NCBI GenBank assembly: GCA_036276755.1
Contig: DASUOG010000005.1
Span: 13,777-77,776 of the forward strand
Reading direction: 5' to 3'
DNA length: 64,000 nt
Origin: Candidatus Saccharimonadales bacterium
Lineage (GTDB): Bacteria > Patescibacteriota > Saccharimonadia > Saccharimonadales > 2-12-FULL-41-12
Part shown: positions 1-9,676 of the stretch, piece by piece
How positions within the stretch are numbered: the first letter of the stretch is position 1
How the letters are laid out: the number at the start of each line of letters is the position of its first letter
The notes under the pieces: model-generated
Database searches by the model: none
Seen by the model: the letters and a program-made list of their open reading frames with translations, nothing else
Told to the model about the DNA's origin: nothing
Translations under genes and position numbers: made by a program

Positions 1-275
1 ACAGCTACCGGGCTTTTGTTGAAGACAAAAACGACCAAGCTCCCGAACATCTGTCGAAAGAGTTCGTCCGCAGCTGGCTGATGCGAGAAGGTTTCTCAGG
101 CAAGAAAGGACAGGAAGTGCCCGTACTTAGCGATGAATTCATCAACGAAATATCCGAACGCTACATACAGCTTTATGAGAAAATGACGGGTAAGGATTTT
201 GTAAAGCAAGCACAAACCGATATTGTTAAGAGGATAAACGATAATGTTAACAAAGCTATCGAGGAATTGAACTGA
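1..275 (+). CDS. purC: SAICAR synthetase, 3' part (5' end outside window)
   Basis: Frame open from nt 3: ...PEHLSKEFVRSWL...EISERYIQLYEKMTG, typical PurC C-terminus; adjacent to purB. Confidence 0.85.
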   Translation, partial: SYRAFVEDKNDQAPEHLSKEFVRSWLMREGFSGKKGQEVPVLSDEFINEISERYIQLYEKMTGKDFVKQAQTDIVKRINDNVNKAIEELN

Positions 276-276
276 T

Positions 277-1674
277 ATGTTGAAGCGATTCGAGTTACCT
301 GAAGCAAACCATCCCGGTTACGGCACAATCGACCCCTTGGACAACCGTTATTTCGATGCCGCAGTTGCTAAATATTTATCGGAACAATCGCGGGTAATCT
401 ATCAGGCTTATATGGAAAGCGCGCTGGCGCACACTCTGGCGGAATTCGGTATTTGTACCCAGGAAATCGCTGAAGAGATCGAAGCGGCAGCCCGAAAAAT
501 GGATATAGACAAAGTTTATCAGGAAGAAAAAATTACCAGACACGACATCAAGGCCTTGGTGAACACCATCAAAGCTGAGATTTCGGACAAGTCGAAACCG
601 TATGTGCATTTCGGCGCTACATCATATGACATCATTGCTAATTCCCAGGTACTTCAACTGCGGGATGTTACTGACGACGTGGTTCTTCCCCGTTTGCGGG
701 AATTAATAAAGACGCTAGCCGATCTGGCTGAGAAATATGCCGATACGCCGCAGATCGGCCGGACGCACGGTCAGCATGGCGTGCCTATAACTTTCGGCTT
801 CGCTGTCGCCGAATATGTATACCGTTTGAGCGGAACTTATGCTGCCTTAGATGACCTTTCCTCGGCACTACGGGGTAAATTTTCCGGGGCGGTCGGCGCT
901 TACAACGCACTTGATGTTTTTGTCGATGAGCCTCTACGCTTTGAAGAGTCGGTGCTTGCAAAAGCAGGCCTGAAACCGGCCGGTTATTCTACGCAGATCG
1001 CTCCGCCGGAGCAAATTATCAGGCTGGTTGATGAATACGCTATTTTAGCCGGAATCATGGCTAATCTGGGCCATGATATGCGAGCGTTACAACGGAGCGA
1101 AATCGCGGAAATAAGAGAGAAGTTTAGCGAAGGACAAGCCGGTTCCTCAACCATGGCGCACAAACGCAACCCGTGGAATTTTGAGAATGTTGTAAGCATG
1201 CATAAGCAAGTCCTATCGCAAATGGTCAATGCCAACTTGAACATAGCCAGTGAACATCAACGCGACCTGACCGATTCCGCCTCTTCAAGATTTTATGTGC
1301 TGGTACCGGCGATAACTGCCAGTATGATCACGCGTTTGCAAAAGGTCATGGGTAATATTGAAGTCGACGATCAGGCCATGCGACGTAACCTTGACCAAAG
1401 CAAAGGAGCGATAGCCGCTGAGCCGCTTTATCTGCTGCTTGAGAAGTACGGACATGTCTCGGCGCATGAAGTAGCTAAGAAACTGTCTCAGCAGAGCCTA
1501 AAGACCGGTACATCATTATATGACATCGTTTCCAATGATTCTGAAATAGCCGGATTCTGGGAGAAATTCACAGCAGATGAAAAAGCATTGATAAAGGACC
1601 CAGCAAAAAATTATCTCGGTCTGGCTGCTGAAAAAACCCGGCGGATAATCAGAGACACCCCAGTCATAAATTGA
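277..1674 (+). CDS. purB: Adenylosuccinate lyase
   Basis: TRHD, HFGATSYD, GRTHGQH and GSSTMAHKRNP fumarase-superfamily motifs. Confidence 0.92.
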   Translation: MLKRFELPEANHPGYGTIDPLDNRYFDAAVAKYLSEQSRVIYQAYMESALAHTLAEFGICTQEIAEEIEAAARKMDIDKVYQEEKITRHDIKALVNTIKAEISDKSKPYVHFGATSYDIIANSQVLQLRDVTDDVVLPRLRELIKTLADLAEKYADTPQIGRTHGQHGVPITFGFAVAEYVYRLSGTYAALDDLSSALRGKFSGAVGAYNALDVFVDEPLRFEESVLAKAGLKPAGYSTQIAPPEQIIRLVDEYAILAGIMANLGHDMRALQRSEIAEIREKFSEGQAGSSTMAHKRNPWNFENVVSMHKQVLSQMVNANLNIASEHQRDLTDSASSRFYVLVPAITASMITRLQKVMGNIEVDDQAMRRNLDQSKGAIAAEPLYLLLEKYGHVSAHEVAKKLSQQSLKTGTSLYDIVSNDSEIAGFWEKFTADEKALIKDPAKNYLGLAAEKTRRIIRDTPVIN

Positions 1675-1699
1675 CAATAAGCATAAAAACTTATACAAT
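1671..1699 (+). promoter_or_regulatory. Sigma70-type promoter for a probably leaderless mRNA
   Basis: TTGACA (1671-1676), 17 nt, TACAAT (1694-1699), then 6 nt to ATG 1706; no SD. Confidence 0.7.
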
Positions 1700-1705
1700 A
1701 TTCAC

Positions 1706-2476
1706 ATGACTTCAAGAGAGTTCGAGGACAGGGTTTTCGGCGTTGTCGATAATGTTAGAAAACTGGCTACAGACGTGTGGAGTAATATCTTGCATCCGCA
1801 CGACGAGTCTTTTCTGGAAGTGGGGATTGATGAGCCGAAAGAATTCACCGTATCGTTAGAAGAAGGTGGAAACAGCCGATTTTTACCGGCCTTAGCTATA
1901 GCCGCGGCCGCAGTTAACTCAGATCCGAACGTTGAGCCAGCCGATGCCTTCGAACAATTCAAGACGACCTTAGAAGAGCGAGGCCGGCCTTTGTCGCGAA
2001 GCGATAAACCGCTCTCGACCAGCAATACTATAGATGCGATTTACGATCAAGAAGGCACTCCGGAATATTTGGAAGGGGTCTACATCGATTCACGTCGCAA
2101 CCGAAACCGCGATCTGGCCCGCGTTGAAAGGGAGCTGACGATTCCGCTATCTCGCGAAAAGTCGGTGTTGCTTATGCCCTTTGACCGCAAGCGGGTGTTT
2201 AAAACCCCCAGCGACTTGCCGGAAGAAGTAATAAGGACTCCCATCTGGGGCGTAGTATTCGGAGCTTATATGCCGACTGACGAGATGCAGATTGCAACGC
2301 GGCCTATGTCCACTATGTACAGGGTGGCTTTTCCAGTCCCTCTAGGCGAAGAAGGACGGGAAGAAGTCAGGCCATTAGAATTACCGGCTATTATTATTTC
2401 TAATACGCTTTCGAATGAAGAAGTTATGCGGGGCCATGAAAACATGACCCATATTGTCTACAATCAGAGAGACTAG
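1706..2476 (+). CDS. Hypothetical protein (256 aa, acidic)
   Basis: Long ORF with its own consensus promoter; no recognisable motif. Confidence 0.7.
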   Translation: MTSREFEDRVFGVVDNVRKLATDVWSNILHPHDESFLEVGIDEPKEFTVSLEEGGNSRFLPALAIAAAAVNSDPNVEPADAFEQFKTTLEERGRPLSRSDKPLSTSNTIDAIYDQEGTPEYLEGVYIDSRRNRNRDLARVERELTIPLSREKSVLLMPFDRKRVFKTPSDLPEEVIRTPIWGVVFGAYMPTDEMQIATRPMSTMYRVAFPVPLGEEGREEVRPLELPAIIISNTLSNEEVMRGHENMTHIVYNQRD

Positions 2477-5400
2477 CTATACTCATCCCAGGATTTGACG
2501 GCGATATGTTGCAGTTTTTTCTGGCCAAGGCATCTTAGGAGCAGCCTGGCCGTCTCGGCATTGGTCATCAGCGGGATATGATGGTCTATCGTCAACCGGC
2601 GTATCTCATAAGCATCCTGTGCCCTTTCATCAGCATGGTATGGAACACATACCACAAGATCCAACTTGCGTTTAGCGATATATTCGGCCAGCGAATGTGT
2701 TTTATGTTCTTTGATTTTGCTCAGTTGCTTGGATGGTATGCCGTGGTCGCGCAGGAATTTGTGCGTACCGGGGGTGGCGAAAAGTTTATAGCCTTGCTGA
2801 TGCAGTTCGGACAGCTCGTCGATGAATTTGAATTTCTGCTCATCCGGCAGACTGATACAGATATTTTTGCCGGTGATTTCCTGGTCAGTAGCCAGCCAGG
2901 ATTTATAAAATGCTTCGGTGAGGTTATTGCCGAAGCAGGCTACTTCACCGGTGGAAGCCATCTCCACGGTCGCTACGGGATCGGCCCCCTTAAGCCTATT
3001 GTATGAAAATTGCGGACTTTTTACCGCTACGTAATCTAAATCAAGCGTGTTATAGGTTGCTGATTCATCCAGTTCGTCTAAGATGGCCTCTGTTGCCAGC
3101 TGGATAAAATTATGTTTGGTAACTTTGGAAACGAACGGGAAACTGCGAGAGGCCCGCACGTTGCACTCGATGACCTTAATCTGGTTCTTCTTGGCTAGAA
3201 ATTGGATATTAAAGGGTCCGGTGATGTTCAACGCCTTGATGATCTTGGCCGTTATGCGGTTGGTCCTACGGATGGTTTCCAGATATAGATACTGAGCCGG
3301 CAGGGCCACCGTCGCATCACCGGAATGAACTCCGGCGTTTTCGATATGTTCGCTGATCGCATAGACCACTAGCTTGCCGTCCTTGGCGACCCCGTCGATC
3401 TCAATCTCTTTGGCGTGGGTGATGAAATCGGATATCACCACCGGATGTTCAGGCGATAAATCGGCGGCTTTTTGTAGGTAATGTTTCATTTCCTTATCCG
3501 AGTAGACGATGCTCATCGCTCCGCCCGAGAGTACATAAGACGGCCGGATAAGTACCGGATACTCTACCCTCTGGGCAAACTGTTTGGCTTTTTGCAGAGT
3601 CGTCACTTCCTGCCACTCGGGCTGGTCGATGCCGAGCTCTTGCAGCATGCTTGAGAACAACTGCCGGTTTTCGGCGTTGTTGATATCTTTCGGATCCGTG
3701 CCTAATACCTTGAAGCCGCCCCCAGACAGCCTCGGCGCCAGATTGTTGGCTATCTGGCCGCCTACGGAAACCACTATCGGCCGGTTTTTTTCAAATTCGG
3801 CGATGTCGGCTACCCGTTCATACGTTAGTTCGTCAAAATAAAGCCGGTCCGATATGTCGAAGTCCGTTGATACCGTTTCCGGATTTGAATTGATGATTAT
3901 CGTGCCATAAGCGTGTTTCTTGAGTGTTCTTACGGTATTTACGGCACACCAGTCGAATTCCACAGAGGAGCCGATGGAATAAGGCCCGGAACCGAGTGTT
4001 ATGATGCTGTTTTCAAGCGGTTCTACATCATCAAATGTGCCGTTATAGGTGAGGTAAAGATAATTCGTCTCGGCTGAAAATTCACCGGCCAGAGTGTCGA
4101 TGAGTTTGACCGAAGGGCGTATACCGTAACGTTTCCTTAATGCCCTGACCTTATTCTCCTCAGAACCGACAAGCTGTCCTATCGTTTTATCAGAAAAACC
4201 TTGCCTCTTAGCCTTAGTGAGCAGTTCCTTACCGATCAGGCTTGCCTGTTTAAGCTCGGTTTCGGATTTATAAACTTGATAAACCTGACTTAAGAACCAG
4301 TTGTCAATGTTGCTTAAACGATTAACGTCAGCGACGGTCTTCCCTTGCTTAAAAGCATGGTAGATAGCGAATATCCTGCGGTAAGTAGGGTTTTTTATCT
4401 CGTCCGTGTAATTCCGCGCGAACTCATGGGGCGTCATACTCAGTCCGTCGCAGCCGGTGTTCTGCATGCGGATGGCTTTTTGCAAGGCTTCCGGGAATGA
4501 GCGTGCCAGAGCCATCACCTCGCCGACGCTTTTCATTTCCGAACCGATCCGGAAGTCGGAATTCTTCAGCTTGGTCAAATCCCACCGGGGCATCTTGACC
4601 GCTATATAATCAAGCGCCGGCTCGAAGAATGCCGAAGTCTGACCGGTTACCAGGTTTCTGAGTTCATGAAGTTTCCTGCCTAATATAAGTTTGGTAGCGA
4701 CATACGCCAGAGGATAGCCGGTAGCCTTGGAAGCTAAGGCGCTGGAGCGGCTAAGCCGGGCATTCACTTCTATCACCCGGTATTCTCCCGTTTTTGAATC
4801 CAGCGCGTATTGGATGTTGCATTCACCGACTATCTTAAGATGTCTGATGGTCTTGATCGCTATTTCCCGCAGCATATGATACTCATGGTTGGTCAGGGTC
4901 TGGGATGGCGCTACTACAATGCTTTCACCGGTATGTACGCCCATCGGGTCGAGGTTCTCCATGTTACAGACCGTGACGCTGTTGCCGCCACTGTCTCGCA
5001 CGACTTCGTACTCTATTTCTTTCCAACCCTCCAGATATTCTTCAATCAATACCTGGTTGACCTTATGGAATGCTTCATTGCATCTTTGTTTGAGTTCCTT
5101 CTCGTTGTTGACCTTGCCCGAACCCAAGCCCCCTAGGCTGAAACCGGAGCGCATCATCACCGGATAACCTATGGCCCTGGCTGCCTTGACGGCTTCCCGA
5201 GTCGAGTACGTAGCCTTGCTGAGAGGTGTTTTGACACCGATCTTATCAAGCTCTTTTTTAAACAGGTCGCGGTCCTCGGTGATTTGTATAGACTTTATGG
5301 AAGTACCTAAGGGTCTGACCTTGTATCGGCGCAGAACGCCCCTTTCATGGAGCTGCAGGCCAAGGTTCAAAGCCGTCTGCCCGCCGAAGCTGAGAAGTAT

Positions 5401-5637
5401 ACCGTCCGGCTTTTCTTTTTTGATTATCGCTTCGGCATATTCAGGACTGAGCGGCAGGAAGTACACTTTGTCGGCCATCTCGGAGTCTGTCTGCACCGTC
5501 GCGATGTTCGGGTTGATCAGGACGGTCTTTATGCCCTCTTCTTTGAGGGCCTTTATAGCCTGTGACCCAGAGTAGTCGAACTCGCCGGCCTGGCCGATCT
5601 TCAATCCGCCACTGCCTAAAATTAATACCTTTTTCAT
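2473..5637 (-). CDS. carB: Carbamoyl-phosphate synthase large subunit
   Basis: LGSGGLKIGQAGEFDYSG, duplicated ATP-grasp halves (GSSVEFDW), C-terminal MGS domain. Confidence 0.97.
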   Translation of the reverse strand: MKKVLILGSGGLKIGQAGEFDYSGSQAIKALKEEGIKTVLINPNIATVQTDSEMADKVYFLPLSPEYAEAIIKKEKPDGILLSFGGQTALNLGLQLHERGVLRRYKVRPLGTSIKSIQITEDRDLFKKELDKIGVKTPLSKATYSTREAVKAARAIGYPVMMRSGFSLGGLGSGKVNNEKELKQRCNEAFHKVNQVLIEEYLEGWKEIEYEVVRDSGGNSVTVCNMENLDPMGVHTGESIVVAPSQTLTNHEYHMLREIAIKTIRHLKIVGECNIQYALDSKTGEYRVIEVNARLSRSSALASKATGYPLAYVATKLILGRKLHELRNLVTGQTSAFFEPALDYIAVKMPRWDLTKLKNSDFRIGSEMKSVGEVMALARSFPEALQKAIRMQNTGCDGLSMTPHEFARNYTDEIKNPTYRRIFAIYHAFKQGKTVADVNRLSNIDNWFLSQVYQVYKSETELKQASLIGKELLTKAKRQGFSDKTIGQLVGSEENKVRALRKRYGIRPSVKLIDTLAGEFSAETNYLYLTYNGTFDDVEPLENSIITLGSGPYSIGSSVEFDWCAVNTVRTLKKHAYGTIIINSNPETVSTDFDISDRLYFDELTYERVADIAEFEKNRPIVVSVGGQIANNLAPRLSGGGFKVLGTDPKDINNAENRQLFSSMLQELGIDQPEWQEVTTLQKAKQFAQRVEYPVLIRPSYVLSGGAMSIVYSDKEMKHYLQKAADLSPEHPVVISDFITHAKEIEIDGVAKDGKLVVYAISEHIENAGVHSGDATVALPAQYLYLETIRRTNRITAKIIKALNITGPFNIQFLAKKNQIKVIECNVRASRSFPFVSKVTKHNFIQLATEAILDELDESATYNTLDLDYVAVKSPQFSYNRLKGADPVATVEMASTGEVACFGNNLTEAFYKSWLATDQEITGKNICISLPDEQKFKFIDELSELHQQGYKLFATPGTHKFLRDHGIPSKQLSKIKEHKTHSLAEYIAKRKLDLVVCVPYHADERAQDAYEIRRLTIDHHIPLMTNAETARLLLRCLGQKKLQHIAVKSWDEYS

Positions 5638-5762
5638 TTTGCGGCTACCCTATTATAATTTTCGGGTTCTTCCCCTTTGCAATCCTCCCACGAACTTCCA
5701 CGGTAGTCATTCATTGGTCCTTTCCGAAGAGCTGGCCGAAAATGTAAAAGCTTTCTGGTCAT
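5634..5762 (-). CDS. Putative 42-aa small protein between carA and carB
   Basis: Open frame MTRKLLHF...RVAAK*; ATGA overlap with carA stop and ATGA overlap with carB start. Confidence 0.4.
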   Translation of the reverse strand: MTRKLLHFRPALRKGPMNDYRGSSWEDCKGEEPENYNRVAAK

Positions 5763-6895
5763 AGCATCTCCACAAATTTATCGAACAACCATGCCGTATC
5801 GGTCGGTCCCGGTGCCGCCTCCGGATGGAATTGGACGGAGAAAAATGGTTTGGATTTATGCATTATGCCCTCGACCGAACCGTCGTTTAAGTTACTGAAA
5901 TACACCCGCCATTCCTTGGGCAGAGAGCGTTCATCTACCGCGTAGCCGTGATTCTGACTGGTTACGTAGCATTTCCCGCTTTCGTTATCGATGCAAGGCT
6001 GGTTATGGCCGCGGTGGCCGAATTTCAATTTATAGGTCCAAGCGCCGGCCGCCAGCGACATAAGCTGGCTGCCCAAGCAAATACCCATGACCGGCTTATT
6101 GTTTTTGAAAAGTTTTTTTATGTTCTTGATGGATTGTTTATAATCGGCCGGATCGCCCGGTCCGTTCGACAAGAACACACCGTCATAATCATCGGTAGAG
6201 AAATCATAATCATAAGGGACGCGCAAGACGTTCAGCTTTCTCGAAGTCAGCGACCTAACTATATTCTCTTTGGCTCCGCAATCCAGTAACATTATGGTTT
6301 TGCCAGCGCCGGGGATCTTATACAGTTTTGGCCGGCCGATTGACACTAAGGGCTTTTTCGGTTTGAAATCCCTGATCGGCTTTTTCGAAGATGTGATTAC
6401 TCCGTTGACCACACCCCTACTGCGCAGATGCCCGGTCAGGGCCCGGGTGTCCACATCAAAGATTACCGGCACCCTCTGGTCTTTGAGCCATTCCAGGAAC
6501 GATCCCTGGGATCGCGGATGGCTCCAGTCTTCAACCAGTTCTGCCAGGACGACTCCGCGAGCATGTATCTTTTCCGACTCCCAGGCTTCTTCATGTACGC
6601 CGTAGTTGCCGATCAAAGGATAGGTGAAAGTAAGTATTTGCTCGCAGTATGAAGGATCCGTCAACGATTCAACGTAACCGGTCATACCGGTGTTGAATAC
6701 TACTTCGCCCGGTTTTGAATCGGTTTGCCATACAGGTACGCGGCCGTGGAACCTGGATCCGTCTTCCAGCATTAGCTGGGCGGGCTTCGATTTAAAAAAA
6801 TCGCCCCCGGGGCGACTTATTATTTTACCGCTAGCTTTTTTGATTGTTTGGCTCACACTCCGATATACACTATCAAGCAAACCCTTCCTGCGCAA
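5759..6895 (-). CDS. carA: Carbamoyl-phosphate synthase small subunit (start uncertain)
   Basis: GEVVFNTGMTGY, SNGPGDP, GICLG nucleophile, QFHPE. Confidence 0.96.
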   Translation of the reverse strand: MRRKGLLDSVYRSVSQTIKKASGKIISRPGGDFFKSKPAQLMLEDGSRFHGRVPVWQTDSKPGEVVFNTGMTGYVESLTDPSYCEQILTFTYPLIGNYGVHEEAWESEKIHARGVVLAELVEDWSHPRSQGSFLEWLKDQRVPVIFDVDTRALTGHLRSRGVVNGVITSSKKPIRDFKPKKPLVSIGRPKLYKIPGAGKTIMLLDCGAKENIVRSLTSRKLNVLRVPYDYDFSTDDYDGVFLSNGPGDPADYKQSIKNIKKLFKNNKPVMGICLGSQLMSLAAGAWTYKLKFGHRGHNQPCIDNESGKCYVTSQNHGYAVDERSLPKEWRVYFSNLNDGSVEGIMHKSKPFFSVQFHPEAAPGPTDTAWLFDKFVEML

Positions 6896-6898
6896 GTA

Positions 6899-7453
6899 CT
6901 ATTCGCGCGACTTTAAAAGCTTGGCAAGCAAACCGGCTATAAACAACATACTCAAGGAGTAAAAACCGACTTCGCCGTACAGCTCGACTTTATAACCTTC
7001 GTTAAAATTCAATATGAAATAACTGATCGCGCTCAACGAGTAAGCGGCTATGCAAAGTATTGCCGTAGCATACAGGGCGCTGCGGCTAAGCAACAGTCCG
7101 GAAACTATAATCGGTATGATGAACAAAAAGACCGCCCGGCTTGCCATGCCTCGCTGGGTATAAACGCTGAATGAGGCCAAAGCCACATCGGCTAAAATCA
7201 TCAACAATAATAACAATTTATGCATCAGAGCATGCCTTGATCTTGAGTGAGCCAAATACCATATGACACTGTTTACGACCAGCAGTGCCGAGATGACCAC
7301 CCATCGGTATAAGACATAATCCGGGGTAATCAATTGCGATGTGTCATAAAGTATTGTCTGAACGATCAATAATATTATGAACAAGAAATGCAGCTGGCTA
7401 AATACAATCAGCCCTTTTCGCAAATTAACCGGTGATTGTTTATTTTTAGACAT
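6899..7453 (-). CDS. Hypothetical multi-pass membrane protein
   Basis: About 5-6 hydrophobic segments. Confidence 0.75.
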   Translation of the reverse strand: MSKNKQSPVNLRKGLIVFSQLHFLFIILLIVQTILYDTSQLITPDYVLYRWVVISALLVVNSVIWYLAHSRSRHALMHKLLLLLMILADVALASFSVYTQRGMASRAVFLFIIPIIVSGLLLSRSALYATAILCIAAYSLSAISYFILNFNEGYKVELYGEVGFYSLSMLFIAGLLAKLLKSRE

Positions 7454-7504
7454 AAGAATAACTAAGCAAAAGCATTATACAATAGCCCGTTTAATACTGC
7501 TATG

Positions 7505-7900
7505 TCAGTCCATGAGCCTTGACAGCAACGTCAAGATAATCGTGACGACAACGCTTATTCTCAAAGAACCGTTGATCAGACGTTTGGCACACGCCCGGTC
7601 AAGCCGACGCTTATCGCGGCTTATCACATCCTGGGTCTGCCCAACCTCGCCGGACATGTTATATTTACCGGCCTTTGCATAGCCGGTAGCGAATTTATGC
7701 CTGGCTTCATTTAACCCATGTATCGATATGAATACCGGTACCAGCATACTTAAATAAAGCAGGATAGGCACGTTGAAGAAAACCAGCATTATATAAAGCG
7801 CTGTCCCTACGGCCGCTGATCCGTAACCTACTACCTTTCGCCGATAATTTATCTCTTCCTTACCGATATTAACTGAACCGGCTTTATACTGAGATGCCAT
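7505..7900 (-). CDS. Hypothetical membrane protein
   Basis: NIGKEE..RR N-terminus, 3 hydrophobic segments; SD-like GGGG upstream. Confidence 0.7.
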   Translation of the reverse strand: MASQYKAGSVNIGKEEINYRRKVVGYGSAAVGTALYIMLVFFNVPILLYLSMLVPVFISIHGLNEARHKFATGYAKAGKYNMSGEVGQTQDVISRDKRRLDRACAKRLINGSLRISVVVTIILTLLSRLMD

Positions 7901-7915
7901 GCCCCCGGACCGCTT

Positions 7916-8485
7916 TTATTTTTTATCTTGACTGCCTTTTAAGGCGGCTTCGACCACATCTCTTGGCAATGATGCAGCTGATAACAAGGCATTGCGAACG
8001 GTGTCCGCGGTGTCTCCACCTACCGAACTGGCCGCCGAAACCACACCACCGACAGCCGCTTTTGCGGCTTCTGAGGTATCCGCGCCGACTTCGCCGGCTG
8101 CCTTGATGGCTCCCTGTACCGCCGACACGGCTGCCGCTCCTACATCCCCGCCTGTTTCGGCAGTGGCGCTTATCGTACCTTCGGCTGCCCCTCTTATACC
8201 TTCAATCACATCCCCGCCGACTTGGCTGACACCATTTACGACGCTGCTCATAGTATTAAAAGCCGTATCTGACAATGAAACACCGACCTTGCCCGCGCCC
8301 TTAATGGCTCCGTCGGCGACCGATGCGATAGCCTCCACAGTGCTGCCACCGACATCCCCGGAAGATTGTATGACATTGATTACCTGGTCCTTTACGGTTG
8401 TCGTAACGGCATCGAGCACGTTGTCCACACCTTCTACCGCGGCAACGACCGCATCAGTAGTTTCGTTTATTATTTTTGCCAACAT
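7916..8485 (-). CDS. Ala/Gly/Val/Ser-rich protein with 22-residue amphipathic repeats
   Basis: SD AAGGAG upstream; GGD/GAD/GVS motif recurring every 22 aa. Confidence 0.8.
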   Translation of the reverse strand: MLAKIINETTDAVVAAVEGVDNVLDAVTTTVKDQVINVIQSSGDVGGSTVEAIASVADGAIKGAGKVGVSLSDTAFNTMSSVVNGVSQVGGDVIEGIRGAAEGTISATAETGGDVGAAAVSAVQGAIKAAGEVGADTSEAAKAAVGGVVSAASSVGGDTADTVRNALLSAASLPRDVVEAALKGSQDKK

Positions 8486-8767
8486 ATCAACTCCTTATTA
8501 TGTTAATGCTAAACATAAACACAATAACATAATCGGTAGTTTTTTTACCGTTATCTGCGCAATTTAGTATATACTTTGTAAGTTATTTAGCTGCTCGCCT
8601 GAACAAAAGTCAGTTAGAATAAATAGTCTGACAACAGGCCTATTGTTGGTTTACAGACAAATTAAGAAGTTTATTATTGCAATACACTTGCTAATAATTT
8701 CTTTTAATGGTAAAATAAGTCAAATTAAAATTTGTTAGGAAATTTTCAAGGTTAGGAGAACACTTAT

Positions 8768-9670
8768 ATGAAGATAACGGTGGTTGGCGCGGGGTTTGTC
8801 GGAGAGGCCACAGGTAAAGGGCTGTCCAAACATAAGAATGAAATCGTATTCATCGATGTGGATGAAGAAATCATCAAGTCACATCGTAAGAGCGGTTTCG
8901 CGGCTTATACCCCGGAAAATTACAATAAAATTGAAAGCGACATAACGATGTTTTGCGTGCCTACTCCTACGAATGGGGGGGGTATACAGCTTGATTACCT
9001 TAAGCACGCAGTTACTGATTTTGCTAAACGCTTGGCCCGGCACGATAAATATCATGTGGGAGTTATCCGTTCAACCGTTCCTCCCGGTACTACCCGCGAC
9101 ATCGTCCTGCCTCTTATAGAAAAGTATTCGAAGAAAAAAGCCGGCAAGGATTTCGGCTTGGTCATGCAGCCGGAATACCTAAGGGAAGCGACTGCTACCG
9201 AAGATTTTGAAAGACCCTGGTTTATTCTGATCGGAGAGCTGGATAAAAAAAGCGGTGATGTGATCGAAAGGATTTATAAGCCGTTTGACGCCCCGATCGA
9301 AAGAAGCAGTTTAGAAGAAGCTGAGATGCAGAAATATATCCATAACGTATTCAATGCAGTTAAAATAGCTTTCTTCAATGAGATGCGCATCGCGATCAAT
9401 AAGAAAGGCTGGGATCAAGAAAAGATTTTTCTGGCGACGGCGGAAAGTTGTGAAGGTATTTGGAATCCCCTTTACGGGCTCAGGGATTTCGGACCTTTTG
9501 ACGGTTCCTGCCTGCCGAAGGATTGCCGGGCTCTTTTGGAATGGGCCGAGGCCAACGGGTTTGATTTCGGTATCGTAAAATCCGTCATAAAACAAAACCT
9601 ATACCACGAAAAAATCATGGGGCTCAATAAAAAGGTCAGGGTTAATTATTTAGCTAACATTCATGTTTAG
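8768..9670 (+). CDS. GDP-mannose/UDP-glucose 6-dehydrogenase family protein, short form (AlgD-like)
   Basis: GAGFVG Rossmann motif, CVPTP, RSTVPPGT, PEYLRE, GSCLPKD catalytic Cys; 300 aa, lacks C-terminal domain; SD AGGAG. Confidence 0.88.
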   Translation: MKITVVGAGFVGEATGKGLSKHKNEIVFIDVDEEIIKSHRKSGFAAYTPENYNKIESDITMFCVPTPTNGGGIQLDYLKHAVTDFAKRLARHDKYHVGVIRSTVPPGTTRDIVLPLIEKYSKKKAGKDFGLVMQPEYLREATATEDFERPWFILIGELDKKSGDVIERIYKPFDAPIERSSLEEAEMQKYIHNVFNAVKIAFFNEMRIAINKKGWDQEKIFLATAESCEGIWNPLYGLRDFGPFDGSCLPKDCRALLEWAEANGFDFGIVKSVIKQNLYHEKIMGLNKKVRVNYLANIHV

Positions 9671-9676
9671 ACGGTC

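Noticed and set aside
7992-8567. 191-aa plus-strand ORF
   Set aside because: Antisense shadow of the repeat protein 7916-8485, which has the SD and coherent periodicity
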